Positions 19,203 through 29,710 of a stretch of 64,000 nucleotides of DNA are shown here, piece after piece. A program made the position numbers and the translations under genes. Source of the stretch: Thermoplasmata archaeon. Its GTDB lineage: Archaea; Thermoplasmatota; Thermoplasmata; Halarchaeoplasmatales; Halarchaeoplasmataceae. The notes beneath the pieces are model-generated. The model saw nothing but the letters and a program-made list of their open reading frames with translations. It was not told where the DNA came from and searched no databases. Each line of letters opens with the position of its first letter. The stretch's first letter is position 1. The stretch spans positions 27,632 through 91,631 of the forward strand of contig JAWOAU010000007.1 of the NCBI GenBank assembly GCA_046498385.1, read 5' to 3'.

Positions 19203-22200
19203 ATGATTATACGTGCATCCGAGAGGAAAGAAAAAAAAGAGGTTCTTTCACTCATGGAACCCTTGATCGCCCAATGGTTCGATGAGAAATTTGACTATCT
19301 CACAGAACCCCAAGGATTCGCCATACCACTTATACACCAACGAGAGAACGTACTGGTCTCATCACCCACCGGCTCGGGGAAGACCCTAACTGCCTTTCTG
19401 TCCATAATAAACGAGTTGTTCAAGCTGGATAAGAAAGGGGCGCTGGAGGAAAGGATTTACTGTGTTTATGTTTCACCCTTAAAGGCCCTTGCAAACGACA
19501 TCCACAAGAACCTAGAAAGACCATTGGAGGAGATACGGAGTTTAGCAGAAAAAAGGGGGATGAAGATATCGGAGATAAACACGGCGATACGCTCGGGCGA
19601 TACTTCCCAGGCAGCTCGGAGAAAGATGGTTAACAAGCCCCCGCATATACTAATAACCACTCCAGAGAGCCTAGCACTGGTCCTGTCGTCGCCCAAGTTC
19701 AGGAAAAGTTTCGACGGAGTCCAGTATTTCATAATGGACGAGATACACGACATCTGCTCTTCTAAGCGGGGTTCCTTTCTCTCTCTCAACGTAGAAAGGC
19801 TGGAAGAGTTGGTCAAGGGACGGATGACCCGCATCGGACTTTCCGCCACCCAGGCACCTATAACAGAGATAGCCGAATTTTTAGGAGGGGATGAAGACGA
19901 AGAGCCCAGAGATGTCAACATAATCGAGGTCATGACCGAGAAGCATATGGACCTCTCTGTGATCTCCCCGGTGGACGATATGACGGTACTGCCCTACGAG
20001 GTGGTCAACGCCAGGATGTACGACCTCTTGAAGAAGGAGGTAGAAAAACACCGGACCACCCTTATTTTCACCAACACCAGGAGCGGCGCGGAGAGCGTGG
20101 CTTTCAAACTCAAAGAGAGGGAGATAGAAGATATCGCGGCCCACCACGGTAGTTTAAGCAAGGAAACCCGCATAACGGTGGAAGATGATCTAAAGGATGG
20201 AGAACTGGATGCCGCAGTTTCGTCCACATCCCTGGAACTCGGTATAGATGTAGGTTTTATAGACCTGGTGATGCAGGTAGGTTCACCCAAATCTGTCGCC
20301 AAGGGACTTCAGCGAGTGGGAAGGGCGGGCCACGGTGTAGGAGAGACCTCCAAGGGACGTATGATAGTCTTCGAGAAGGACGATCTGGTAGAATGCACTG
20401 TGCTCACGAGACAGGCATACCTACATGAGATAGACCGGGTAAATATCCCAAAGAACAATCTGGACGTATTGGCCCAGACATTGGTGGGTATGAGCATCGA
20501 AAAGAGGTGGGATGTGGAAGAAGCTTACAGACTCGTGAAAAGGTCCTACTGCTTCAAGGAGCTTGAACGTGATGATTTCAACGGAGTGCTTAACTATCTC
20601 AGCGGCTCCGCCTTGAAGAACGTCTATTCTAAGGTATGGTACAACAAGGAGGAAGGTGTCTTCGGTAAGAAGGGGGGTATACAGATGATATACTACCTCA
20701 ACATCGGTACCATCCCCTCGGACTCCAGTTTCAGGGTGTACTCGGATAAAGGTGTGCCCCTGGGTAAACTATCGGAAAAGTTCGTGGAGAGGCTCACCAC
20801 CGGCGACGTGTTCATACTCGGTGGAAAGTCCTACGAATTCATACATACCAAGGGTACCAAAGTGTTCGTGGGGGATGCCGTTGGAAAGAAACCCACGGTC
20901 CCCAGCTGGACCGGCGAAATGTTGCCTAGAAGCTTCGACCTATCTATGGCCATAGGTGAATTCAGGAGGAATTTATATACTCGCCTAAGAGACCAAGACC
21001 CTGAGGTAATTTCGTGGTTGATGAAGGAATATCGTATAGACCAGGGCTCCGCCCGGACCATAGTCAGCTATTTCAAAGAGCAGATGGGGTTCGGCGAGGT
21101 ACTTCCTACGGACCAGCGTATAGTCGTAGAGGGTTATGTAGACGAAAAACAAAGGTACAACATAATATTCCACGCCTGTTTCGGCCGGAGGGTCAACGAC
21201 GCACTCTCCCGGGCATACGCATACGCCATATCACGAAAGTATAACTGCAGCACACGGGTAGCGATCACCGACGATTGTTTCATGGTCACCACAAAAAAGA
21301 AAGTATCCCTAGAAGGGTTGAAGGACCTCGTTAGAGAAGATAATATAGGTAATATCCTTAAAAGGGGTATCAGAAACACCGAGCTTTTCAAACAAAGGTT
21401 CCGGCATTGTGCCGGTAGGGCCTTCATGGTGCTTCGGAACTACAAGGGCAAGGATATCTCCGTTGCAAAGCAGAAACGCCGGGCAGAGACCATACTAGAT
21501 ACACTCCACGGATACGATGATTTCCCCATAACCAAGGAAACTTACAACGAGATACTTTATCAGGTACTGGATCTGAAACATGCCCGAGAAGTGTTGAGGG
21601 CAGTGGAAAATAACTCAATGGACATGGTCGTTTCGTCCTACGCCGATACACCCTCTCCCTTCGCCCACAACGTGGTGATGATAGGTATATCGGACGTGGT
21701 CATGATGGACGACCGGAGCAGTTTGCTAAGGCAGTTCCATCAAAAGGTGCTCGAAAAGGTGATACCTAAGGAGGAAATAGAGAGTTTTCAATTCAAAAGA
21801 GAAATCGTTGACGATCATTTCTTTGAAAAAAGACCTTCGTTCGGTAATAAAGAAGGGTTGTTGGATGTTATCAGAGAACTTGGACCGGTGCACGTATTCA
21901 ACGAAAGGGGAAAGAACGTTTACCTTTACACGGAGCGCACCCACCAAGAGGTGCGCAGATGGGCAAAAGAACTGCTGAGAGATGAAGAGATACAGTCCGT
22001 CTGGATGGGCGACACCCATCGATGGGTAAGCTCAGATAGGATCAAAGATCACCTTTTATGTTTAAACCAGGGTGAACCTCCCTCCGGGTCGGCCCCTCTC
22101 ATCGATGTATTGAAGGAGGATTACATTAGCTCGAGGGAGCTGTACCATGAGACGGATATGAAGCTTGGTGACATCTCTAATATGATAAGGGATATGGAGA

Positions 22201-24596
22201 GAAGGAGGCTGGTGAACCGGAGAGATATGGATGGAGAGGGAAAGTTCAGATACGGTCTCCTCCCGATGCTGGATATTGATATGGAGAAGGTGGAGGAGTA
22301 TATATTGGATTACCTGGAATACGATGCGCCTAGGGAGATAGAGGAGATAGCCTTCGCCTTGGCGATGCCCGAAGACAGAGTCATGAATGCACTCAACAAC
22401 CTGGTTGAATCCGGCCGACTTGTGTCAGGGAAACTAGTTATCGGCGAAGGGATGCAGTACATGCTCTACGAGGACTACCATGACCTAAAATTTCCGGGAA
22501 AAGAACACGTTTCCGAAGATAAAATACTATTGTACCGGGCGGAAAAGATGTTCGATAAGTTCGATACCATAAGAGAGTACTTTGAATTTTTTGTAGAGGC
22601 CAGCAGCCCGTATGAGGTCCACATGCGTGTACGGAACTTTCAAATTGAATCTTGGGAGGAGATGCGGAATAACGCTGAGATACTGGAAGGGCGCTTTCTC
22701 AGGGGTAAGGTGAGATACGTTCTGAAGGACGATCTACCCATGTTGGTGGGTGCCTACAGGACCGAGGAATTGGATCAAGAGGAGCAAGGAATTTTGAAAG
22801 TAATAGAATCGGGACAAGGCAACACGATCCGAGAGTTAAAGAAAATTTCCGAACTTCCGGCCTATCGTGTCAAGGAGATCATAAAAAAGCTCGATTCCAA
22901 TCTATATGTTATGCGTGAATTTACCGGGGACGAAGGATGGTCTTCTAAAAACGTATACAAATCGATAAATATACGGTTTTTACCTCGTGAAGAAGCCCGC
23001 AGAAAATTGGTGGAAAGGCTGCTTAAAGCACACGGACCCACCTCCATTTCAGACCTGCGTTACATGACGGGATTCTTCCGTCGTGAGGTGGAAACCGTTT
23101 TATCATCTATGGTTAGGAATCACGAGGCCATGCGGGTACGTGTCGGCCCTTCAAAGAGAGAACTCTACCTTATGTCATATGAACTAGAGCCGTTGAAAAA
23201 AGCCGGCCCGTCCGAGCTGAAAAGGCTGCGGATACTATCTAAAAACGACCAATACGCAGGTCCGCTCTGGGCGGAAATATACGCCAGATACGGCGACGAT
23301 TGGATATATCCGATCATAAAGAGAGGAAAGGTGATAGGAGGATTGGAGATATGGGAGATGAGCGGTTGTATAGAGTTTAGACACATCGACCTTGAGGATC
23401 CATCTCTGCTCGGAGAGCTCCTAGATGAAGTAGACGAGATGATGAAGTACTATAAACTTCAGGGCTTCGACGTACTCAGGGTTCGTTACTTCAATAATAT
23501 AGCTTCCAAAGAATTGGGTGATGGATATCGAGAGGTCTTTTTGCAGAAGGGCTACGTTGAGATCCAGGGGATGCTGGTAAAGGGAAACGTTGTTTCAAAG
23601 GTATTTGAGGAAAAAGAGCTTTTGGCCTATTTGATGTACAAACAGCATCTTGCCGGGAATCCATTGGACGGTGCCGGTGAGACGGTTAAAGAACTGAGAG
23701 GGGCCAGATCCGACGGGGAAATAACCGAAAGAATACCCGGACGTTCGAACCTGCAGTGGATGCACCGTAGAGGAGAAGTGGTACAGGGAAAGATGATACC
23801 GCCGTACCTGCTCTACTGTTATATGGAAGACGCCTCGGTCTACCGAGCGGCAAAGTCAATAGATATGGATCATGTTATGGAAGAGGTTCTTCATATAGTT
23901 GAAAGTGAAGGACCGTTGTCCAAGAGGCTTGTGACGATTAGATCTCCGTACAGTGAAGGGCGTACCAAAAAATCCTTGGACACCATTTACAACGGGAGCG
24001 TTGTCTGCAAAAACTACGACGGTATGTATGCGGCGGTACCTGATAACGGTATGGACCAGATACAGGCCCTAAAGAAAGTAGTTTTATGGTGCTTACAGTC
24101 ATTTGGATACTTTACGGCAGAGGACTTATCCTCTTACATCGGTTCAAGTATAAGGATGGCGGTGATACGAGAAGCGCTAGCGGACCTGGTTGAAGAAGGA
24201 TATCTTGTGAAGGGTTTCTTCAAAAAAGATGACGAATCAATACATTGGATGATAGCTGAAGGCTTGGACAAGGTAGGTAACGTAAAGGTCGGTGGTGAGT
24301 TCGTGATCGGTCCAAAGGACCGTTTGAACCTGTATCTGAGGGATAGAATCAAAGAACGGTTCGACCTTTCCTCCTGCTACGTGGTATTCCACGGAGTAGA
24401 AATGGTCGCCGCCTTCAAGGGAAAGACTTCTTCAGGTATACTTTCAATTCAAGATTTTCAAGGGGACAAAAAATACCTTAAAGCCGTCAAACGTTGGGCC
24501 TACGACCACGATCTTATATACAAAGAAAAAAAGAAAAAGAAAAGGGTTTCGGATTACGAGGTTCGAAAGTGGTACGAACGTACCAGGGGATTATAG
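19203..24596 (+). CDS. lhr: large Lhr-family ATP-dependent helicase (1797 aa)
   Basis: SPTGSGKT, YVSPLKALANDI, DEIH, GLSAT, HHGSLS, SSLELGID and QRVGRAGH; long C-terminal extension with several winged-helix-like segments. Confidence 0.92.
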   Translation: MIIRASERKEKKEVLSLMEPLIAQWFDEKFDYLTEPQGFAIPLIHQRENVLVSSPTGSGKTLTAFLSIINELFKLDKKGALEERIYCVYVSPLKALANDIHKNLERPLEEIRSLAEKRGMKISEINTAIRSGDTSQAARRKMVNKPPHILITTPESLALVLSSPKFRKSFDGVQYFIMDEIHDICSSKRGSFLSLNVERLEELVKGRMTRIGLSATQAPITEIAEFLGGDEDEEPRDVNIIEVMTEKHMDLSVISPVDDMTVLPYEVVNARMYDLLKKEVEKHRTTLIFTNTRSGAESVAFKLKEREIEDIAAHHGSLSKETRITVEDDLKDGELDAAVSSTSLELGIDVGFIDLVMQVGSPKSVAKGLQRVGRAGHGVGETSKGRMIVFEKDDLVECTVLTRQAYLHEIDRVNIPKNNLDVLAQTLVGMSIEKRWDVEEAYRLVKRSYCFKELERDDFNGVLNYLSGSALKNVYSKVWYNKEEGVFGKKGGIQMIYYLNIGTIPSDSSFRVYSDKGVPLGKLSEKFVERLTTGDVFILGGKSYEFIHTKGTKVFVGDAVGKKPTVPSWTGEMLPRSFDLSMAIGEFRRNLYTRLRDQDPEVISWLMKEYRIDQGSARTIVSYFKEQMGFGEVLPTDQRIVVEGYVDEKQRYNIIFHACFGRRVNDALSRAYAYAISRKYNCSTRVAITDDCFMVTTKKKVSLEGLKDLVREDNIGNILKRGIRNTELFKQRFRHCAGRAFMVLRNYKGKDISVAKQKRRAETILDTLHGYDDFPITKETYNEILYQVLDLKHAREVLRAVENNSMDMVVSSYADTPSPFAHNVVMIGISDVVMMDDRSSLLRQFHQKVLEKVIPKEEIESFQFKREIVDDHFFEKRPSFGNKEGLLDVIRELGPVHVFNERGKNVYLYTERTHQEVRRWAKELLRDEEIQSVWMGDTHRWVSSDRIKDHLLCLNQGEPPSGSAPLIDVLKEDYISSRELYHETDMKLGDISNMIRDMERRRLVNRRDMDGEGKFRYGLLPMLDIDMEKVEEYILDYLEYDAPREIEEIAFALAMPEDRVMNALNNLVESGRLVSGKLVIGEGMQYMLYEDYHDLKFPGKEHVSEDKILLYRAEKMFDKFDTIREYFEFFVEASSPYEVHMRVRNFQIESWEEMRNNAEILEGRFLRGKVRYVLKDDLPMLVGAYRTEELDQEEQGILKVIESGQGNTIRELKKISELPAYRVKEIIKKLDSNLYVMREFTGDEGWSSKNVYKSINIRFLPREEARRKLVERLLKAHGPTSISDLRYMTGFFRREVETVLSSMVRNHEAMRVRVGPSKRELYLMSYELEPLKKAGPSELKRLRILSKNDQYAGPLWAEIYARYGDDWIYPIIKRGKVIGGLEIWEMSGCIEFRHIDLEDPSLLGELLDEVDEMMKYYKLQGFDVLRVRYFNNIASKELGDGYREVFLQKGYVEIQGMLVKGNVVSKVFEEKELLAYLMYKQHLAGNPLDGAGETVKELRGARSDGEITERIPGRSNLQWMHRRGEVVQGKMIPPYLLYCYMEDASVYRAAKSIDMDHVMEEVLHIVESEGPLSKRLVTIRSPYSEGRTKKSLDTIYNGSVVCKNYDGMYAAVPDNGMDQIQALKKVVLWCLQSFGYFTAEDLSSYIGSSIRMAVIREALADLVEEGYLVKGFFKKDDESIHWMIAEGLDKVGNVKVGGEFVIGPKDRLNLYLRDRIKERFDLSSCYVVFHGVEMVAAFKGKTSSGILSIQDFQGDKKYLKAVKRWAYDHDLIYKEKKKKKRVSDYEVRKWYERTRGL

Positions 24597-25457
24597 CCTT
24601 TCTCTTTTATCTACACTGGCAGACCCGTGTATCTTGATGTTTTTCCCCCGTACCAAACTGATAGCACACCCTGGTCCGATCTTTACGTCGTTTCCTTCTA
24701 CCTTCTTTGCCCGGGTGTTCTCCAGGTATATTTTATCCCCTGTTATTGTCTCAGCGGTCAGTTTGCCCTTTTTGAACATGGAAAAGAGTCCCTTTCCTCC
24801 GCTTTCAACCATTATGTCTCCGCCTTTGATATGTGTCACATGACTGTCTCCGCCAAGAGATAGCATGATCTCTCTAGCCTTCAACGTACCTTCTATCTTG
24901 AAGGCACCGCTGGATGAAAATGTTTTTGCGGCCACCTCTTTCTCCATCTTCATTGCACCGGACGAGATGAAATCATCCACCTTTACGTCGGATTCAAACT
25001 TAGACGCCCCTTTACATTTTATCCGCTTTGCCGTTACCTTTCCTTGGAATTTGCAAGCACCGGAAAGGGACATACTGTCTGCTTGGGTGATCCCCTCTAC
25101 CTTCAAACTTCCCCGGGAACTGACCTCGCCCAGATACGCATCGCCTTCTATTTTTGTAGCGCCGGATATCTTTGCTTCTTCCGCTTTCAAATATCCCTCG
25201 ATTTTAGACGAGCCTGAAGAACTGAAATACACACAGTCCACATTTGACGACTTGGAGGATCCGGACATGGATACTTTTTCTTTCTTACCTTCCACTTCCA
25301 CCGGTATCTCGTCTTCATCTTCAAACTCATCTTCGAACTCTTCCTGTGTCATCCTTTCCTGCTTTTCATATCTAGCCTTGATCGCTTTGTAGGTCTCTTC
25401 GGATATCTCACCGTTGGCGAGCCTTTCTTCCAATTTCCTTAGGATTTTTTCTTCCAT
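24591..25457 (-). CDS. bactofilin/polymer-forming cytoskeletal-like beta-helix protein with an N-terminal SHOCT-like motif
   Basis: Repeated ~17-aa SG(A/S)xK(I/F)EG units; N-terminal LEERLANGEISEETY. Confidence 0.65.
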   Translation of the reverse strand: MEEKILRKLEERLANGEISEETYKAIKARYEKQERMTQEEFEDEFEDEDEIPVEVEGKKEKVSMSGSSKSSNVDCVYFSSSGSSKIEGYLKAEEAKISGATKIEGDAYLGEVSSRGSLKVEGITQADSMSLSGACKFQGKVTAKRIKCKGASKFESDVKVDDFISSGAMKMEKEVAAKTFSSSGAFKIEGTLKAREIMLSLGGDSHVTHIKGGDIMVESGGKGLFSMFKKGKLTAETITGDKIYLENTRAKKVEGNDVKIGPGCAISLVRGKNIKIHGSASVDKRERL

Positions 25458-25612
25458 TTTTACGCACCTCTTTGTTGTTGCATGTCATAGATAAAGCATT
25501 CATAGTATATATACTATCTTGAAGATATTATTAGATAACTGCAAATTCGATGTGGATAACTTCAACTCAAAGGTTGAAAAAGTTGATATATCTGTTATCG
25601 GATTGCTTTGGG

Positions 25613-26047
25613 ATGAAAAAGTTCACGGAAGAGATGCTGAGTTTGTTCTCGTCTCCAACGAGATGTACCATCATAGAACTCATGAGTAAGGGATACGATC
25701 ATCCAGAGGATTTAGCAAAGAAGCTGGAGATGACACGACAGGGTGTGGACAAGCATCTCCTGGAACTGCATGATTGGGGTTTGGTGGAACGTAACGCCAT
25801 CTTTCCACCCGACGGGCGCCCTAAGATAATATACGAACTTACAAAGGAATGTAGGCAGCTACGAAACGCTCTAGACAATATTGGAGATAAGTACCGGGAA
25901 ACAATGATATCTCGGGCCGAAAACGAACTGGAGCATCTGGATACAAAGCTGGCGGAGGGGGATCTAGCAGAGGAAATCTACGAGAAGAAAGTGAGGGAGG
26001 TCAAAAACCGGTGGAACTACGACCGGTTAAGGATAGAAAAAGATTAA
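25613..26047 (+). CDS. ArsR-like winged-helix regulator with a C-terminal SHOCT-like motif
   Basis: SPTRCTIIELM...LAKKLEMTRQGVDKHLLELHDWGLV; C-terminal LAEGDLAEEIYEKK. Confidence 0.8.
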   Translation: MKKFTEEMLSLFSSPTRCTIIELMSKGYDHPEDLAKKLEMTRQGVDKHLLELHDWGLVERNAIFPPDGRPKIIYELTKECRQLRNALDNIGDKYRETMISRAENELEHLDTKLAEGDLAEEIYEKKVREVKNRWNYDRLRIEKD

Positions 26048-26081
26048 TACTGAATCCCAATAGACTAAGCATAACCACACC

Positions 26082-26153
26082 GCCACTGTGGCTTAGAGGC
26101 ATAGCGATTCCTTGGTAAGGAATAGGTCGTGGGTTCGACTCCCACCAGTGGCT
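26082..26153 (+). tRNA. tRNA-Thr(GGT)
   Basis: Acceptor stem GCCACTG/CAGTGGC, anticodon arm ATTCC-TTGGTAA-GGAAT, T arm GTGGG-TTCGACT-CCCAC; CCA not encoded. Confidence 0.95.
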
Positions 26154-26205
26154 TTTCATCAAATGGCTAAAAAATTACTTATAGAATAGGGTTAATATTG
26201 ATAAC

Positions 26206-26709
26206 ATGACTGAACTCGATGATATATTTATAGAGGATATAGAAGAGTTGGAATCACTGTTACAGAGAACCTACTGGATCGAGGACGAATTTGAACAGAT
26301 GGCCTATTGGGAAGGATTCTCCACTCTGCACGAACAGTATAGAGACGTGATATTCCGATTACCCCATGATTCGGAAAAACACAAGATAATGCTCAACAAG
26401 ATAATCAATAGTATCGAGGGTATAGAATTGGAGGATATCAAAAAAGGTGTCAGAAAACGGGAAGAGGGTAGTTCAAGAAGACAAAAGATGGACGAAGAGG
26501 TCCTGACAGAGATGATAAAGAACGACCGATTGGCCTTGGATCTTTACTCTAAGATACATAAACACACCTCCCGAGAGTTCATCGAAGAGATATGGACTGG
26601 AGAGAATTCAAACGAGTTTTTCGATATCTTTAAGAGATTGATGGCTGAAGAACAAAAGCATATCGATATATTAAGGCCGCATGTTGGCAAACTTGAGAGG
26701 ATCCGATAA
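26206..26709 (+). CDS. ferritin-like domain protein
   Basis: Paired ExxH-type motifs (DSEKH, EEQKH); helical and acidic. Confidence 0.7.
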   Translation: MTELDDIFIEDIEELESLLQRTYWIEDEFEQMAYWEGFSTLHEQYRDVIFRLPHDSEKHKIMLNKIINSIEGIELEDIKKGVRKREEGSSRRQKMDEEVLTEMIKNDRLALDLYSKIHKHTSREFIEEIWTGENSNEFFDIFKRLMAEEQKHIDILRPHVGKLERIR

Positions 26710-26757
26710 TTTCCCCCAAGACCATGGTGCAGTATTTCACCAATAACGGGGTGTTGC

Positions 26758-28260
26758 TCAAAGAGATATCCCGTAGATAGGTGAGTATTTTTCCTTTATA
26801 TAATCTATCAGATGCTTTTCGGTCAATGGTTCTCCAGTCAGCCTCTCGAGCATCTCCGGTGCCAAATATCGCTTTCCATGGCAATATATGTTGCTTTTCA
26901 GCCATTCGCCGAGGGGTTGGAAGTCTCCCTTAGAGATAGAGTCGTCCAGGGTGGAGATGTCATTGCGGATAGTGTTGAACAACTGGGCCGCGTAAAGATT
27001 TCCTAAAGTATAGCTGGGGAAGTAACCGAATTGTCCGGTGGACCAGTGTACGTCCTGCAGGACCCCTTCGGCCGCCGTGGGAGGTGATATACCTAGGTAT
27101 TCATCCATCTTGTTCTGCCAAACCACCTCGGTTTCATTAGGTTCGATCTCGTCTCTGAACAATCCCAACTCTATATCGTAGCGCAGGGCTATATGCAGGT
27201 TATAAGTAACCTCGTCGGCCTCCACCCTTATCAAGGACGGCTCGACCCTGTTAACTGCCTGATAGATATCTTCCGGTGAATTCTCCTTCATCGACGGGAA
27301 TTCTTTGGTGATCATCGGATACAGGTGATCCATGAAAGGTCTGCTCCTTCCCACGAAGTTCTCCCAGGTCCTGGATTGGGATTCGTGGAATCCCATGGAT
27401 ATGTACTGTCCGATAGGGGTTCCCAACAGGTCGGGACCTATGTTCTGTTCGTACATACCATGCCCCGATTCGTGGAGCAAGCTGTATATGGAAGATATGT
27501 TCTTGGGATTGTACCGATTGGTTATCCTGACGTCGTAATCCATGCCTACGGTGAAGGGGTGAACGGAGGAGTCCAGTCGACCCTTGTTGAAATCAAAACC
27601 TATATTTTTTGCTAGTTTCTCGCAGACGGACATCTGAGATTTGACGGGAAATTCTTTTCCATCAAAGACGCCCTGACCCGGAACTATGTCCGTAGATGCT
27701 ATCTTATCCACTATATGGGATAGCTTCTTTTTCATCGGACCGAATACCTTTTCGATCCATTTAGCCGTGGAGCCGGGATCGAATTCATCCAGTAAAGCAT
27801 CGTAGGGTTCATTTTCATACTCTATGTAACCCGCGAACTCCTTCCTCAGCTCCACGTTTTTTTCAAGGTGAGGAAGGAACATGTTAAAATCGGATTTTTC
27901 CCTGGCACTCTTCCAGACGGATTGAGCTTCGGTTGCGGCCTTTGCGATCTTCTGGATCAGTTTGTTTGGCACGTTATACTTTCTTTCGAAGGCCCTGGTC
28001 ATCTCTCTCAGATTAGCTTTTTGAGAGCTGTTTAACTGTTCTAGATTTTTAGATATGTTGAGTTCTTTTATGCATCTCTTCAGTTTATCGGATGTCAACA
28101 ACTCGTGATGATACTTGTAAAGGACCGATCTCATCCCCGAGCGAGCCGGTATCGCCTCCGGGGGCATGTAGGTACGTTCATCCCAAGCTAGTAATGATAG
28201 GTTTCTTTCTATGTTTCGCAGTTCCGAAGAAATATTCAATAAGTCATCATAAGCTTTCAT
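26758..28260 (-). CDS. carboxypeptidase M32 (Taq/Pfu type)
   Basis: HPF, DVRIT, HESGH, HESQ, IRVEADEVTY, QDVHW and GYFPSY; likely start MKAYDD. Confidence 0.95.
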   Translation of the reverse strand: MKAYDDLLNISSELRNIERNLSLLAWDERTYMPPEAIPARSGMRSVLYKYHHELLTSDKLKRCIKELNISKNLEQLNSSQKANLREMTRAFERKYNVPNKLIQKIAKAATEAQSVWKSAREKSDFNMFLPHLEKNVELRKEFAGYIEYENEPYDALLDEFDPGSTAKWIEKVFGPMKKKLSHIVDKIASTDIVPGQGVFDGKEFPVKSQMSVCEKLAKNIGFDFNKGRLDSSVHPFTVGMDYDVRITNRYNPKNISSIYSLLHESGHGMYEQNIGPDLLGTPIGQYISMGFHESQSRTWENFVGRSRPFMDHLYPMITKEFPSMKENSPEDIYQAVNRVEPSLIRVEADEVTYNLHIALRYDIELGLFRDEIEPNETEVVWQNKMDEYLGISPPTAAEGVLQDVHWSTGQFGYFPSYTLGNLYAAQLFNTIRNDISTLDDSISKGDFQPLGEWLKSNIYCHGKRYLAPEMLERLTGEPLTEKHLIDYIKEKYSPIYGISL

Positions 28261-28339
28261 AGAAACTAGTAATGGGATGTTGATTAATATAGTTATTCCC
28301 GCAGCGATTTCGTCTGATTTATATATGACTTGACGGTTC

Positions 28340-28717
28340 ATGATGATCATGAAAGAAGCTGGTACGGTAAAGGATAGCGAAAAAGTGGTCAAAGAATCGG
28401 TACCGAATGCGGAAGGTATTGAGATACAGTGGCTCATATCCCAAGAGGAAGGTTCCGACAGGATATACATGCGAAAATTTACCCTGGCACCCGGGGCGGA
28501 CATGAAGCTCCACAGTCATCCTCATACGGAACATATACAGTATTACCTAAAAGGCGAGGTAAAACTGATCATGGGATCAAACGAATACGATGTTTCTGCG
28601 GGTGATTCGATATACATCCCTCCAGGAGTAAAACACAAATACATGAATAAAGGGACTGCCGATGCGGAATTTTTGTGCATGATATCTGGTGGAGAGATCG
28701 AAACAAAAATCGAATAG
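28340..28717 (+). CDS. cupin domain protein
   Basis: LHSHPHTEH..Y.LKGE and GDSIYIPPGVKH. Confidence 0.9.
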   Translation: MMIMKEAGTVKDSEKVVKESVPNAEGIEIQWLISQEEGSDRIYMRKFTLAPGADMKLHSHPHTEHIQYYLKGEVKLIMGSNEYDVSAGDSIYIPPGVKHKYMNKGTADAEFLCMISGGEIETKIE

Positions 28718-28793
28718 TAACGGGCCATTAGATTTATATACTACTATGGACATTTGTAGACAATAAGACAAGTCCTTAAAGGAGGGCTAACAA

Positions 28794-29375
28794 ATGAGTG
28801 AAAAAGGAATATTTGACGATATAGAAGAAGCAGCAGAGGCTGAGGCTAGCGGTGGGCCAAATTACGGTGTGATAATCATGGCTCTAGGGATTGTGATGAT
28901 TCTTGCTGTCGTAGCCCTTAAGATAGCAGGACCAAACGAACTCCCGATGATAGGTGAGTATCCTCAAGAGATATACACGGGTGATCCCTATTTCTCATAT
29001 CATTTCTTCATGGGGTTAATCGGTGGAATAGTAGTTACAGGGATAGGCGGAGTTATGTCCATGAGTGGTAAACCGTCCGAAGATTTCGAGGAGGACTTCG
29101 AAGACACGGATGAAGATCTACTGGACGAAGATGTAGAAGAAGGTATATGTCCCACATGTGGTGCGGTCATACCCATATCGTCCATGGAGTGCCCGGAATG
29201 CGGAGAAGAACTGGAACCTGCGGATGACGAAGAGGAAGAAGACATCTTTATAGGTGAGACTGTGGAATGTCCGATATGTGCCGCAACCGTAGATAGTTCA
29301 TCAGAAGAGTGTCCGGAATGCGGTGAGCCACTGGGCGGAGATGTGGAAGAGGACGATTTCTTCGCGGACCTCTAA
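28794..29375 (+). CDS. membrane protein with cytoplasmic double zinc ribbons
   Basis: Two TM helices, then an acidic region with CPTCG/CPECG and CPICA/CPECG. Confidence 0.8.
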   Translation: MSEKGIFDDIEEAAEAEASGGPNYGVIIMALGIVMILAVVALKIAGPNELPMIGEYPQEIYTGDPYFSYHFFMGLIGGIVVTGIGGVMSMSGKPSEDFEEDFEDTDEDLLDEDVEEGICPTCGAVIPISSMECPECGEELEPADDEEEEDIFIGETVECPICAATVDSSSEECPECGEPLGGDVEEDDFFADL

Positions 29376-29710
29376 AAACCCTTAATAACCCTTTTTTTTT
29401 AATTTCTTTATATTTTTTACTAGTAAACCCTTTGCTCAAGAAGTATGATAAATGCTACCTGACTAACGTCCCTCTCTCACTTCGAGATGAATCAAAGCTT
29501 ACCTGTGACATCGGGAATTTGGTTCCCGAAATATCTTCAGGAGCTCATTCCTGCTCTTCATTTTTCTTTTCGCAAACTCAAAGAAAAAATGAATGCTACA
29601 GAATCAGAGATTCTGCTCATTTTCCATTTTCTCATGTTCATTCGAGAATAAGGAAAATGCAGGGGACTGGTGTCCCCCTTTACTTCGGAAGGCAACCGCC
29701 TTCCTTCAAA

